From Octopus bimaculoides (taxonomy: Eukaryota): DNA of 36,619 nucleotides. The stretch covers positions 36,120,219 to 36,156,837 of the forward strand of contig NC_068999.1 in assembly GCF_001194135.2 (NCBI RefSeq), given 5' to 3'. Below, piece after piece: positions 1 through 11,745 of this stretch (the stretch's first letter is position 1; the number at the start of each line of letters is the position of its first letter). Under the pieces are notes generated by a model. The model did not search any database. It had not been told where the DNA came from and saw only the letters and a program-made list of their open reading frames with translations. The position numbers and the translations under genes were made by a program.

Positions 1-35
<35 letters not shown>

Positions 36-544
36 CGTACATCTGTATATATATATATATATGCATGTGTATGTAATGTATGTATGTATGTATGGTACAC
101 ATTTGCAGCGCGTTCATGTCAGTACAACGAAAGTCTTCCCAATTAAACGCGAGGTCTCTCATCGGATGAAAACGTGGCGTTACTTTGTTCTCATGGCGTT
201 TCCTTGGCTGAGGTTCTAGAGTGGCTTACATTACCTTCTCCAAATGGATGACCGCTGTCCCACAGGGATCACATCTTCCTCTTGACAGTTCTAGTTTTAG
301 TCCTGTTTGGTGCCCAGACATCCTCCTCACAAGAGTAGCAATCTACTGACGTGGGAGAGCTGTTTTAGTACATGTGTGTGTATGTATGGATGGATGGATG
401 GATGGATATATATATATTTCGTTGCTATTATGCAAAAGTGTCGTAAGTCCAAAACGTTGTTTTTTTTTCAGAAAACGAAAAGTAGTTTCACCATTTCATT
501 TTTTTTTTTTTTACATTAGCAGCAGTTTCAATTTAAGAATAATA

Positions 545-780
545 CTTTGTCGTGTGCATAAAATCGTAACTCCATGTATGTATGATATTTTCAGTCAGAA
601 ATATTTTTGCAAAATTGTCGTATGTGGGGTTTACTACACTTTTGAAATATGCTACAGTTTGACAATTTTCTTCTGAAGCAACTGGAGAAACGATGGTTTG
701 AGCAAAAGAACCGGCTATTGCAAAGAAAATTAAATATTGCAAAAAAGACGCATTTGGCCAAATTTGTGCATACGACAGTT
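545..780. mobile_element. Candidate MITE (236 bp) with short imperfect TIRs and TA flanks
   Basis: Left TA|CTTTGTCGTGTGCATAAA (TA 543-544); right end reverse-complements to TA|AACTGTCGTATGCACAAA (TA 781-782). No recognisable coding content inside. Confidence 0.45.
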
Positions 781-819
781 TAACATAAAAGCAAAGATAT
801 GTGTGTCTAACCATTTCCA

Positions 820-965
820 ACGGTTCGGCAAAAAAAAAATGCGATAGAATAAGTGATAGGCTTTAAAAGAATAAGTACTGAGAACCATTCATTCGACTAA
901 AATTCTTCAAGGTTGTGCTCCGGCATGGCCGCAGTCTAATGACTGCAAGAAGTAACACATAAAAA
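820..965 (+). mobile_element. SINE family A, 3' half only
   Basis: CGGTTCGGCAAAA..GATAGAATAAGT..ATTCGACTAAAATTCTTCAAGG..GCTCCGGCATGGCCGCAGTCTAATGACTG matches the 3' ends of the copies at 3875-4281 and 26950-27349. Confidence 0.75.
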
Positions 966-1137
966 AAAATATTTATATATATAAATGTCTATGTTTACAT
1001 GTTTATGTATGTATATGTATGTACATGTGTGGCTTTGTATGAATTCAGTTATTTACATAGATACACATAGATTCGTGCATAGATACACACACAAATATAT
1101 TAGTGTTTTTGTGTGTGTGTGCATGCATCTGTGCATA

Positions 1138-1387
1138 CTTCGAGGCACAAATCCGAGCAAGGTTGTTTGTTGTATACCAGCCTTTCTTCGCCACGCCTAC
1201 GATGTTATCCAAGAGATAGGCAAAGGCCGGTACAAGGTGGCACCAATGGTGTCGCAACTCATTTCTACAGCTGCGTGACCTGGAGCAACGTCAAATAAAG
1301 TGTCTTTCTCAAAAACACGACTTAAAACCCGGTCCGTGAATCGAACTTACAGCCTCATGATTGTAAACTCGACGCTCTAAGCACTGA
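1138..1387 (-). mobile_element. tRNA-derived SINE family C
   Basis: Minus strand has a tRNA-like head with B-box AGTTCGATTC, then core AAGACACTTTATTTGACGTTGCTCCAG..AATGAGTTG shared with the copy at 8481-8720. Confidence 0.7.
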
Positions 1388-1397
1388 TATATCTATG

Positions 1398-1457
<60 letters not shown>

Positions 1458-3049
1458 CGCGCGAGTATGAGTGACACAGAAAGAAAAAGAGATGGAGAGA
1501 ATTAAAGTTAACGGTAGAAACTTTTAAAATAAAATATTCCTAAACAAATATACTTTATTTATTCATCGTCTATTTGATTTTTATCAGAGAATCAGCCTCG
1601 GGGGACAAATAAATGTACTGAAGAGTCTTTTAACCGGAACTATTAATAATCAGAATAATAGATGATACCATTTGTGGATGAGTTTATGTAGCAATTTTGA
1701 TAGACGATGTGTCTATGGCAGAATTGCTTAAAGTAATATCATATTCAGACTGTTGACAATACATATGCTTGAAGCGTTATATCTTCTCTGTACTTGAAAC
1801 ACCCAAACAGAAATTCAAATATATGTATTATAATTTGTAGACTCTTTAAGAAACTAAATAATTGTTGAAGAATTGATTTTTAAATTCCAGAACTGGCAAG
1901 CTATATTTTTTTTAATTTTGTGAATATCTATTTATTGCTTTTATCTTTTTATTGCTATGACAACAGAAATCTGTCACGTCTTTTCACTACTGGTAGGGTA
2001 ATATAATTTTGGTAGAAACGTAAATTGCTCGATGTTAGCAATATCATCTCACCTATCTTATTTCATATGCGTGCTTACACTAGATAAACGATTATAGTCC
2101 TATGTGTTTTAGGTATACTTGTTTCATTTAACTTTCACAGCTAAGAAAACCGTTGGAACCTTAAGCCATATAAATGTGCAATATTTTGTTTCTGTTATTT
2201 TACTGAGAGTATTCTCATTCATTTATATTTCAGTGCCTAACAGTGACATATTTTATATGAGGTGGAAGTTCTTGTGCTTTCGTAAAGTATTTGTTTACAT
2301 TTCTCCTTTTATCATCTCAAAGGCACCTACTGTGATATACAGTTCTTACTTAAGGCCTGTGCTTGTAACTTCAAAATATAAGTTGAGCAGTAATAAAACA
2401 GACAATATTAAAATGTTTACAATCAAAAATAATCGTCACATTCCACATATCTTACTTCTAGATATCTATATGAGTCTAGATTCTGAATATATCTTTTCTA
2501 TATCCTTTTAGTCAAAAGGCCTTGATCCCTTACAAACCTTCCAAGATTGGTGAAAGCGACGGAGTAGGGTGTCCTCGATCCAAGAACCTAGCCCGAATTC
2601 TGGTAACAGAATGGCCTCCGCTAAGAGCACTCAAGTTGCCAGATGATAGCATTTTATCAAGAGACAGATTAACCCCATCAATCAAATAGGCCACGGCAGG
2701 ATTTGAACTAAGAATACAAAAGCCGAAACAAATACTGAAAGATATTGAGTCCGACGTCCTTACAGCTCCACCGTTCCACCTCTCCGAAATGATAAAAAGC
2801 AAAGTTGATATCTGCGGGATTTGAACTGGGAGCAAGGAAACTGAAACAGATACTGCAAGGCGTTCTATCTGTCACTTTTACCACATTCCCAGTTCACTGC
2901 CTTATATCTCTATAACCCTACATTCGGCGTATCTTTATAACTCCACATTCTTGCTGTCACTATAACCCCAGTCAGCATATCTCTATATCACCATATTCTG
3001 AATATCTATTTTTCATGGTCTTTGGAGATCCTTTTTCTCGTCCGTTACA

Positions 3050-3470
3050 ATTGATTCATCGAGTAAATTTTATTTGTTCTTTTTTTAGTATCCTGGTGAG
3101 GTTAGACTAATGTCTGGGTGATCGAGCTTTTCAGACGTATCTGTGTGAATCGGAATATCCTAATAGCAAGTCTCTTTGTCTCTCGAAATATATTTTCCTC
3201 ATGATGGTGATCGGTTTTATTTTTGTAATTCGGTTCTTTCGTTTTGTAATTATGTCTTTCATTTACTCAAGGCCTGTTTGTTATAAATCTCTTTCTTGGT
3301 CTCAATTTATTCATAGAATTTGTTTTCCGTGGGCGAACACTGTCGAAGGTCTTCTAGTAATCAATCTATTTCATACTCAGATCCATGTTTATCCTCCTAC
3401 AGTTTCCTGTTATGGCTTTGTTATTCTGTTTAAGAGCTTCAGATTCAGTCTTCGTATTATGATTTGTATT
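3050..3470 (-). pseudogene. Heavily decayed non-LTR reverse transcriptase fragment (R4/Dong-like)
   Basis: Minus translation NKAITGNCRRINMDLSMK*IDY*KTFDSV (motif at 3336-3365) resembles the NKAI..C......LSMAWIDYKKAFDSV RT motif; downstream motifs are broken by stops and frameshifts. Confidence 0.6.
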
Positions 3471-3520
3471 CCTCTGGAAGTTTGATATTTATTTCAGTTT
3501 ATCGTTTATTTTATACTATA

Positions 3521-3558
3521 ATATTACTGTTAAAACTTTATAGTTTTAACAGTAATAT
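3521..3558. repeat. Perfect 17-bp inverted repeat with 4-nt loop
   Basis: ATATTACTGTTAAAACT-TTAT-AGTTTTAACAGTAATAT read directly. Confidence 0.9.
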
Positions 3559-3874
3559 AGTGGGCGGGTAGTTTTTGGGGAAAAAAGATGAAATTTTCCT
3601 TCGATGCGCTCTTCGGGTGGCGGTTTCTGGTTCTTCCCGGAAATTACTGTAGAATTTCGCAGTATTTCTTTTTAATATATATTTTTAATGATTTAGTGAA
3701 AGAAAGAATGAGAGCAGTCATAATCATTTCGATGACTCCAAGACTTGTTGGGGTGTGGGTGAGAAAGTGTGCCCCCCCCCCAGATCGGAGTCCTGCCTGA
3801 ATGTTTTATTCGCTGCGCGTATCTCTTCATCACAAAATCTACTTGTTTTGCTAGTGCATTCTTTCTCTTCTGTT

Positions 3875-4059
3875 TTTCATTTGTTTTAACCACTAGATTG
3901 TGGCCATGCTGGGGCACCACCTATTTTTGTCGAACTGATCGACTTCCATACTAATTTTCTTTTTTAAGCCCTGGTACTTATCGGTCTCTAAGTTACGTGA
4001 ACGTAAACACACCAGCATCGGTTGGCAAGTGATGGTGAGGGACAAGCACAGACACAAAC

Positions 4060-4120
<61 letters not shown>

Positions 4121-4281
4121 AACGACGTGTTTCAGTTTCTGTCAACCAAATCCACTCACACGGCTTCGATTGGCCCTTGGCTATAGTAAAAGACACTTGC
4201 CCAAGGTGCCAAACAGTGGGACTGAACCAGATATCATGTGATTGGGAAACAAACTTCTTACCACACAGCCAAACCTGCGCC
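3875..4281 (-). mobile_element. tRNA-derived SINE family A, near full length, with internal (AT)n
   Basis: Minus head GGCGCAGGTTTGGCTGTGTGGTAAGAAG (A-box-like) and GGTTCAGTCCCACTG (B-box-like); colinear with the copies at 15050 and 26950. Confidence 0.85.
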
Positions 4282-7037
4282 TATATTTTTAGCTGGTTTA
4301 AATTTCTGTAAATTTCATTTTGGACAAGAAAACTCTTTGCTTTGCTCAGAGATGTTGTCTTGTTTCACAGGGACGGATTCTATACTATTTGGAGAAGATT
4401 TCGTGCTTCAGTTCTGTTTCTTTTGTTGGCTTGCTCAAAATCTATCATGCATATTAACATTTTTAGGCAAATAACTTGCAGAACTATTTGAATATCGGCC
4501 AGGTAAGCCTTGTGGTCTCTTCCTTCTCATTTTGTGTTATAATAGCAATGCCTCTGACGACGCTTGTGCCAAGACTTACCAGACTTCATTGACAAATACA
4601 TCGGTCACGTGAAAAAGAGAGATTTTACATGCATTGGCAACTGCTAGTCTTCCGTAAAAAAATAATTTACATTCACCACTTGCGCATAAAGGAGGGTATA
4701 CACGGCCAACCCTGCGGATGTATTACAATATATTCATTGCGTGATGTTTTTTGCTTGGATTTTATCATGCTTCTTTCTGTTACGTTTTGTCTGACTTACC
4801 CACTATGTTGCCCACTGTTCTCTCCAGATGTCATACATATGTTATGCATTCATGTATAACATCTAAAACTTTAGATCTTATATTTTATCGGTAATGTGCA
4901 GCTGTAATATATTTATGTAGTATAGAAACGTATGTGTTTATGGTGTATTTATATTCTTCTCTTTCGAGTTCCTTCATAGACATTATCATCAGTTTATCGG
5001 GAACCAGGTCGATTTTGTTTAATGTCCACGACACTGTAAACTAAATATAGTAAACTGCTTATATATATAATCACTGCAAACTAACTGCATTATACCAATC
5101 ACACATTCATGAACTGAACCAAGCAGTTATTAAATGAAGGTTATTACAATTCTTACAATTCCATTTCTCAAATTATTGAACTGTGTAAACTGGTGTTTCG
5201 AAGCTTCGATGCTTCGAGAATCACCTTGGTTACATCTTGTGATATGGTTTATTATACAGTTCTTTTAAGCAGAGTACACTTAGAATTTAATTAACTACAC
5301 TATAAAGAGAAAATTAATAAACATAATTAGAAATCTTATTAATTCCTATTTAAATTTTTTTGGTTTTCCTTTTACGTTACGGGAAATATATGGACAAATA
5401 TTCATATTTATGATTCTCCGATTCCAGTGTGAGATGTCGTATGAGAAAACATATTGTGAATTATCGCATTCCTTTTACAAAATCTCGCAGAAAAGTTAAC
5501 GTATTGATGTTATGTGCCGAAGGGGAAAATATCAAAAATCGATATTTAATTTCCCTGCTCAACTTTTTTTATTATATTTCGTTTCACCCATTTTCGAACC
5601 GTTATTTTCTGTCCACGTTGTTATTTATCATCATCGTCTTTATTAGTATTATTATTATTGTTATTAATTGTTGTTGATCTTGTTTTTCGTAGTCGGTTTA
5701 TCATTTTTTTTTTGTTTTCTTCTTACTGACGAAATTTCAGTAATTTTTTCCAATGCTTTCAATTATTTGAACTGATTATATATATATATATTTTTACTCA
5801 TACTAACATCTTCCATTAAATTATTGCTTTCCTAACAACACAAACACAAAAAAAAAACACATACACACACTGTCGTATTAATTGCAAAGCTATTTATTTT
5901 TGTTTTTCAACCGATTGTTTTTGGCGTTTGAATATATACNNNNNNNNNNNNNNNNNNNNNNNNNNNNNNNNNNNNNNNNNNNNNNNNNNNNNNNNNNNNN
6001 NNNNNNNNNNNNNNNNNNTATATATATATAATACTATATTATATATATGATACCATATATTTGAATATTATATGTGTGTGTATATATATAAGAATATATT
6101 TATAATGTGATCATACATACACATATGTATGTATGTATGTATGTATGTATGCATTCCAAGAATTTGAGTTCCTGAAAATCTTGCCTTAACATGAAGTTGT
6201 GTAAAGCAAAATGTTTTTTTTTTAACTAACCATTTAATTTAGGTTGAATCGAGAATAGGTTCCACATCACGGGATTCTCCGTTCCGACATGATTTTCAGC
6301 GATATATTTGCGTAACGCGAGTGAGCCAATATATATATATATATATATATACGTGTGTGTATGTGCGTGTGTGTGTGTGTGTATGTATGCGTGTGTATGT
6401 GTGTGTGTGTGTGTTTCGCGTTTATGTTTGTATTCATATATTCATATATGTTTAAAGATATTTACATACATACCCACACATACATATATATATATACATA
6501 CATACGTACAAACGCACATACATACACACATATTCATAGCTATTACTATATGTGTGTGTCTCTGTGTGTAAACGTGGAATTTCTGCTGGAAACAACACGT
6601 ACTCAAGTCCTCTAAGTTTGTTGTTTATTTGTATATTTGGAGGCGATACTATAGTTAACATCTGTTGTTTACCTTTTGTTAAGCTAACCAGAAACCCCGT
6701 AGTCCGATTCGCTTCTTTCTTTGTTATTCTTTAAAGGCTAAAATTTTGAAGAAATTCAAATATTTTTGTTTACGTAAAACATAAATTTAGAAGACGGTGG
6801 CGCTTTTAACAGGCAGCCATATTTGAAGGAGAAGTAGGGGTGGATTTAGTGGGGAGGATGGAACGTACTTCTTAGTGCCTTTGCTTCAGTCGATCGATTG
6901 ATTCCCACCTCCTCAAAGCACAAACATTAAAAAGTTGCCCAAACGCTACTGTGACAAATATTAACAACAACAACAACCAGTGAAACACAAAAAAAACTCT
7001 ATTAAATTCATGGTCACCTCCGCTATATACTGGTTTC

Positions 7038-7221
7038 AAATTTTGACAAAAAGTCAGCAATTTCAGGGCAGGGTATACGTCGATTACATCGATACGACTA
7101 TTCGACAGGTACTTACTTTATCGACCCCGAAAAGGTGAAAGGCAAAGTCGACCTCGGCAGAATTAGAAGTCAAAACGAAAAAGACGGACGAAATATTGAA
7201 AAGTGATTCTGCCAACTCGCC
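7038..7221 (-). mobile_element. tRNA-derived SINE family B
   Basis: Minus GGCGAGTTGGCAGAATC head, CCGAGGTCGACTTTGCCTTTCA..TTCGGGGTCGATAAA body; about 20 bp internal deletion relative to the 33.7-34.2 kb copies. Confidence 0.8.
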
Positions 7222-8099
7222 GGCTTGCTCTTTGTACCATATTAACTCTTGTAATGGTGAATAAATAATACCAAAAACGTTTTTTCAAACTCCTGTTTTT
7301 ATACTATTTTCGAGTATTTTTAAAATCTCATACATGCCTCACACAATTCTAGCCTCTGCTTACAAGTCTGGAGTACTGGATAATGCAACGTGGTTTACTA
7401 GGATACAGCTTAGATTATAACCCTACTATACACACACACTATATATATATAGTATGATGACCCCCACCCCCGTGATAACAATTTTTTTTTATTAGATCAA
7501 ATGAATGTGAATTCTAAGGATTTTCATGTTGGGACTACGTGTGTAAGTTGCTCGAAATGCATATCTAGCGGCTTGTCTTGGATTGGAATCGCAGCGTATA
7601 ATATTGATTTAGATAGCTAATTGTGTTTTCAGACAGTTATATATATATATATTGTATGTGTGTGTTTGTGTCTCTGTTGTGTGAGAAATAGAGTGCGTGA
7701 ACGCATGTGTTAATGGAGAAAGTGATAACAAGTTTATATTTTCCGAATGTATTAAATGTTTTATTTATGCTTTTTGTACGAAGATCTCACTCTATAAATA
7801 TCCATTCTGATTGTATGTTTATTTGATGTTTCCCAACATGTATCAATGTATTTCACTTCTTCCTCGTCTTCTTCATTTTTATTGTTATTCTTATTACTGT
7901 TGTTGTTTTACGGTGTTTCATTGATATCCTGGAGTAATGCACTGAGTAAACCAACATGTTTTATCAGTTAATAAATATTTTATATATTGCACGGAATAAC
8001 TATACAGCGTGTTGATAAATCCCTGTGAATTCTGACTAATTAAATAATCAAAGATTCTAGTCAATAATAACGATATGACAATATAACTGATATAGATAA

Positions 8100-8315
8100 G
8101 GCGCCGAGGTGACACAACCGTTATTGCGCCAAGCAAAATGCTTACCGGTATTTCGTCCATGTTTATTTTCCAAGTTCAAGTTCCACCGAGGTCAGCTTTA
8201 CCTTTTGTATTTTCAAGGTCGATGAAATAAGTCCCAGTTAAACATTGGAATGATGTAATTGACTTACGGCATTCCTGAAAATTTTCCCGCGTGTGCTAAC
8301 ACTGGAAACTAATAT
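8100..8315 (+). mobile_element. SINE family B, diverged
   Basis: GGCGCCGAG..AAATGCTTACCGGTATTTCGTC..AAGTTCAAGTTCCACCGAGGTC..GGTCGATGAAATAAGTCCCAG colinear with the other B copies. Confidence 0.75.
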
Positions 8316-8480
8316 AAGTGATATACGTTAAATCACCACGGCTAGCAATCTGGGAGAATCGACAGTGCTGAGGACCAGATAGATGCCTTTCTGTAGTATT
8401 AAGTTACGTTTGTTTCTGTTCTATCTTCAAATCCTACTGAGATTTACATCACCTTTCCTACTTGCAGTCTAAATAATAAA

Positions 8481-8720
8481 CTGGCACTCCGCCCGGCTAA
8501 GAGTGTTCCAGTTGATCCGATCAATGGACCAGCCTGTCCGTGAAGTTATCTTGAAAATGGCAGAGTGCTCCAGACACGTCTCCTCTTAACGTAGTTCTCA
8601 GAGATATTCAGCATGACACAGAAACAGAAAATGACAATACTGGACATTTAATTTACATATACAACTCATTTTTGCCTGTTGGGCATATTGGAGCAACCTG
8701 AATTAAAGTGTCTTGCTTAG
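8481..8720 (-). mobile_element. SINE family C variant lacking its tRNA head
   Basis: Shares the core TGGAGCAAC....A.TAAAGTGTCTT and AACTCATTT with 1138-1387 but has a different 3' body. Confidence 0.65.
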
Positions 8721-8874
8721 TATATGAAACTTCTATCTTGTCCAATATTTTCGATGGAACTTCATATCACAAGTGGCAAAAAGTTAAGGATGAACCAGGA
8801 TATTTTTGATCCATTGTGATGATAGTACTAAGAGAGTCACAAGGTAGAGGTACAAAATTGTACACAGATAACTA

Positions 8875-8960
8875 AACTGTTGATGTTCACTGCCTTAACA
8901 ATATGAACGCTCGGTTATCACTGCGTTAAGGAAGTGAACATTGGATCACTGTGCTAAGTA
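8875..8960. repeat. Degenerate ~31-bp minisatellite, left part
   Basis: Units such as TGATGTTCACTGCCTTAACAATATGAACGC and ATCACTGCGTTAAGGAAGTGAACA; continues after the mariner at 10135. Confidence 0.7.
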
Positions 8961-10134
8961 TGAGAATGGATTGAAAATTTCATAGGTTGACTATGAAAGA
9001 GTGATACTAGTGCTGTGAAATCTTGCATGCATTAATTTCATCTCTTCTTATTAGTAACTTCTTTATTTCTTTCCAGCTAAACTGACATCTGACTCTTCAC
9101 AGAAGACTTCAAAAGTAACGAGTAGCGAATTTTGTTGAATATGGCCAAAATTTGGCATCTTAGTGTTATTAAATACATGCAGAAAAATAGTTTAGCTGTT
9201 TAGGACATTCATGTTGACGTTGTTGCTACATTAGAAGATGATGATCCAGCTTTATCAACCGTGCAAAAGTAGGCAGCTGAATTAGGAGGGGAGAAGAAAG
9301 CCTTTAAGATGGCTCAGGGTTTGGACGTCCTGCAATTGCTACTTGAGAATATTCTTCACAACGAACTTCGCATGACGCCCGTTTCTACTCGGTGGATGCC
9401 TGATCAAAAGCGCTCAAGGCTAATCACATAATGGGAAAATCTGATAAAATTTGAGGCAGATCTATTTGGTTTCCTTGAACGTTTCCTAACCCAGACTGAA
9501 TGTTGAGTTCATCACATTGAGCCAGAGACAAAGAGAGAATCCATGCAGTGAAACAGCTCTCCTCACCTGCTCAAACGAAGGCCAAGGTCATTTCATCTGC
9601 AGAAAATGTAATGGCCTCAGTTATTTGGGATGCAAAACGAATTGTGTTTATTGACTATTTTCGAAAGAGCTACATCATCAATGGAGAGAGTACGCTGCCA
9701 TTTTACTGGCAATTACGACCGAACGCCCGAACGGTCTATCAAGAACGAACGCCCAGGAAAACTAATGAAAGGGGTCTTGTTTCATGAAGACAATGCTCAA
9801 GCACACAAGTCTTTGGTTTCAATGGCTGTTGTGTGTGGCTGTGACTTTGATCTAGTTGATCACCGTCCCTTTTCTCCTGATTGTGTCTCATCAGATTATC
9901 AACTGTTGTCCAACATCAAAACCACTTGACGGAGAAGAAGTATCCCAGTGATAATAACGTCATATCACCTGTTGACTATGTTTTGGACCAAAAGGTTGAA
10001 ATCTTCTTCCCCAATGGGACCGAAGCATTGCCAAACCGATGGAAGAAATGTGTGAACGGCAAGGAGGATTGTGTTGAAAACTAAACCCTATGAGAGTATC
10101 TTTGTCAGCTTTTGAACATTTCAGCCTACCTTCG
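8961..10134 (+). mobile_element. Decayed mariner (DD34D) transposon with both TIRs and TA target duplication
   Basis: TA|TGAGAATGGATTGAAAATTTCATAGGTTGAC left; right reverse-complements to TA|CGAAGGTAGGCTGAAATGTTCAAAAGCTGAC. Broken ORF from ATG 9141 with RWMP, VMASVIWD and HEDNAQAH...FSPDCVSSDY (34 residues between the two Asp). Multiple stops, frameshifts and deletions. Confidence 0.9.
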
Positions 10135-10720
10135 TATGTGAACAATTTAGGATCAATTCACATGCACTAAGTATGTGAAGTGTTGAGAGTCGCAGCGTTA
10201 AATATGTGCACATACTGAATGCTGCGATCCTGCATTAAGGATGTAAACACTTGATAATCTTTACATTTAGTATAAGTATGTGAACACTTGATGATCCTCG
10301 CGTTAGGTATGTTAACACTTGATAGTTACATAATCGTCTGAACATATGAGGAGCATTCTATTAAGTGTCTGATAACCTACTTAATTATTACTGAATTTAG
10401 TATGATTTCTGCATTTTAGTATGTAAAAAATGGACCGTTGCTTTCAGTATTTTGACACTTGACTATTGCGTGTATTAGATCAATACTGATTACCACTGCA
10501 CTGAGAATGTAAACATTTGATGATCACTGCATTAAGTGTGTGAACAATTGATGTTCGCTGCACAACGTATGTGAACACATGATCACTGTATGAAGTCTGA
10601 GAAAGCTTGACGGCCATTGCACTTAGTATGTGAACACTGAATCAATGTAACATTTGAGCTCTTCATAATTGTTGCATAAATTACAGGAAGAACTGTTGAT
10701 CACTGCATAAAGTGAGCTGT
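10135..10720. repeat. Degenerate ~31-bp minisatellite, right part
   Basis: Approximate consensus TTGATGATCACTGCATTAAGTATGTGAACAC; adjacent 31-nt units at 10517-10547 and 10548-10578. Confidence 0.8.
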
Positions 10721-11508
10721 TGTTATGTACAGCATTATATGAACCCATCGACATGTTCTATACTTGGGATTAGATTGGCTTTAATAGTTTCCTTTATCTG
10801 GTAAAAATGTTGACTAACAAAATAATCAATGGAGGAGAGTTTACTGAATAAGCTTAATTTGACTGTTGCTGTGAAGAATAGAAAGAGTCGATGTAACCTC
10901 TTCATTTATGCTATTCATTACTCCAGTATTGCAAACTGTAGAAACATTATAGTTCATTTGGCGAGGATTGAAAGTGAATGAGTTGGTAAATGCAGAAAAT
11001 GGGAAATATGAGAATGTAAGGTTTATGGAGGTGAATGATGTTTAAGTCAAGGGAAATAAATTGAGAGTGAGGTAGTATATATAAATATAAACATATACAT
11101 GATACATACATATATGTGTGTATGCTTGTGTGTGTTCCTGTGTGTATCAGTGTGTGTGTATGTATTTATATGTATGTATATATATATATATATATATATA
11201 TNNNNNNNNNNNNNNNNNNNNNNNNNNNNNNNNNNNNNNNNNNNNNNNNNNNNNNNNNNNNNNNNNNNNNNNNNNNNNNNNNNNNNNNNNNNNNNNNNNN
11301 NNNNNNNNNNNNNNNNNNNNNNNNNNNNNNNNNNNNNNNNNNNNNNNNNNNNNNNNNNNNNNNNNNNNNNNNNNNNNNNNNNNNNNNNNNNACTATATAT
11401 TTTATATGTACTTTATCTATAAGGCTCAATTTAATTTTAATTTTTTATAAATTGATTTTAATTGAGTTTTTTACCTGTAATTTTGGATTTTGTCCCTAAT
11501 ATTATTAT

Positions 11509-11547
<39 letters not shown>

Positions 11548-11599
11548 TATGCCCGTGTGTGTTTATATCATACATATTTTCATCATGATGAAACGTTAC

Positions 11600-11745
11600 T
11601 TCCTACACATTGTTTTCTCTGTCCAATTTTTCTCCGCTCAGTCGTTTCTGTCGAAGAGCCTAGGCTCGAAACGTCAAAGACGTTCTTCCCGAGCATCAGA
11701 CTAATACACCTGCATGCTGTTGCTTCACCTGTCATTGTCATTTGA
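11600..11745 (+). mobile_element. Probable Penelope-like element terminal (pLTR) remnant
   Basis: Contains CTGTCGAAGAGCCTAGGCTCGAAACGTC, the CTGANGAAG...CGAAACG-type signature typical of PLE termini; boundaries approximate. Confidence 0.55.
11641..11681 (+). ncRNA. Minimal hammerhead ribozyme-like motif (one core substitution)
   Basis: Stem I GTC(G)TTT/AAAGAC; core CUGUCGA-A; stem II GAGCC-UA-GGCUC; GAA-ACGU-C with GUC triplet at 11673-11675. Canonical CUGANGA has A6 replaced by U. Confidence 0.55.

Noticed and set aside
245-285. AVPQGSHL resembling the RT GVPQGS motif
   Set aside because: No flanking RT motifs; too short to support.
5196-5222. TCGAAGCTTCGA palindrome as a heat-shock element
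   Set aside because: The nGAAn units are not in continuous phase and there is no promoter context.
8875-10720. 31-bp repeats as a CRISPR-like array
   Set aside because: Units are adjacent and degenerate with no unique spacers, there are no cas genes, and the context is eukaryotic.
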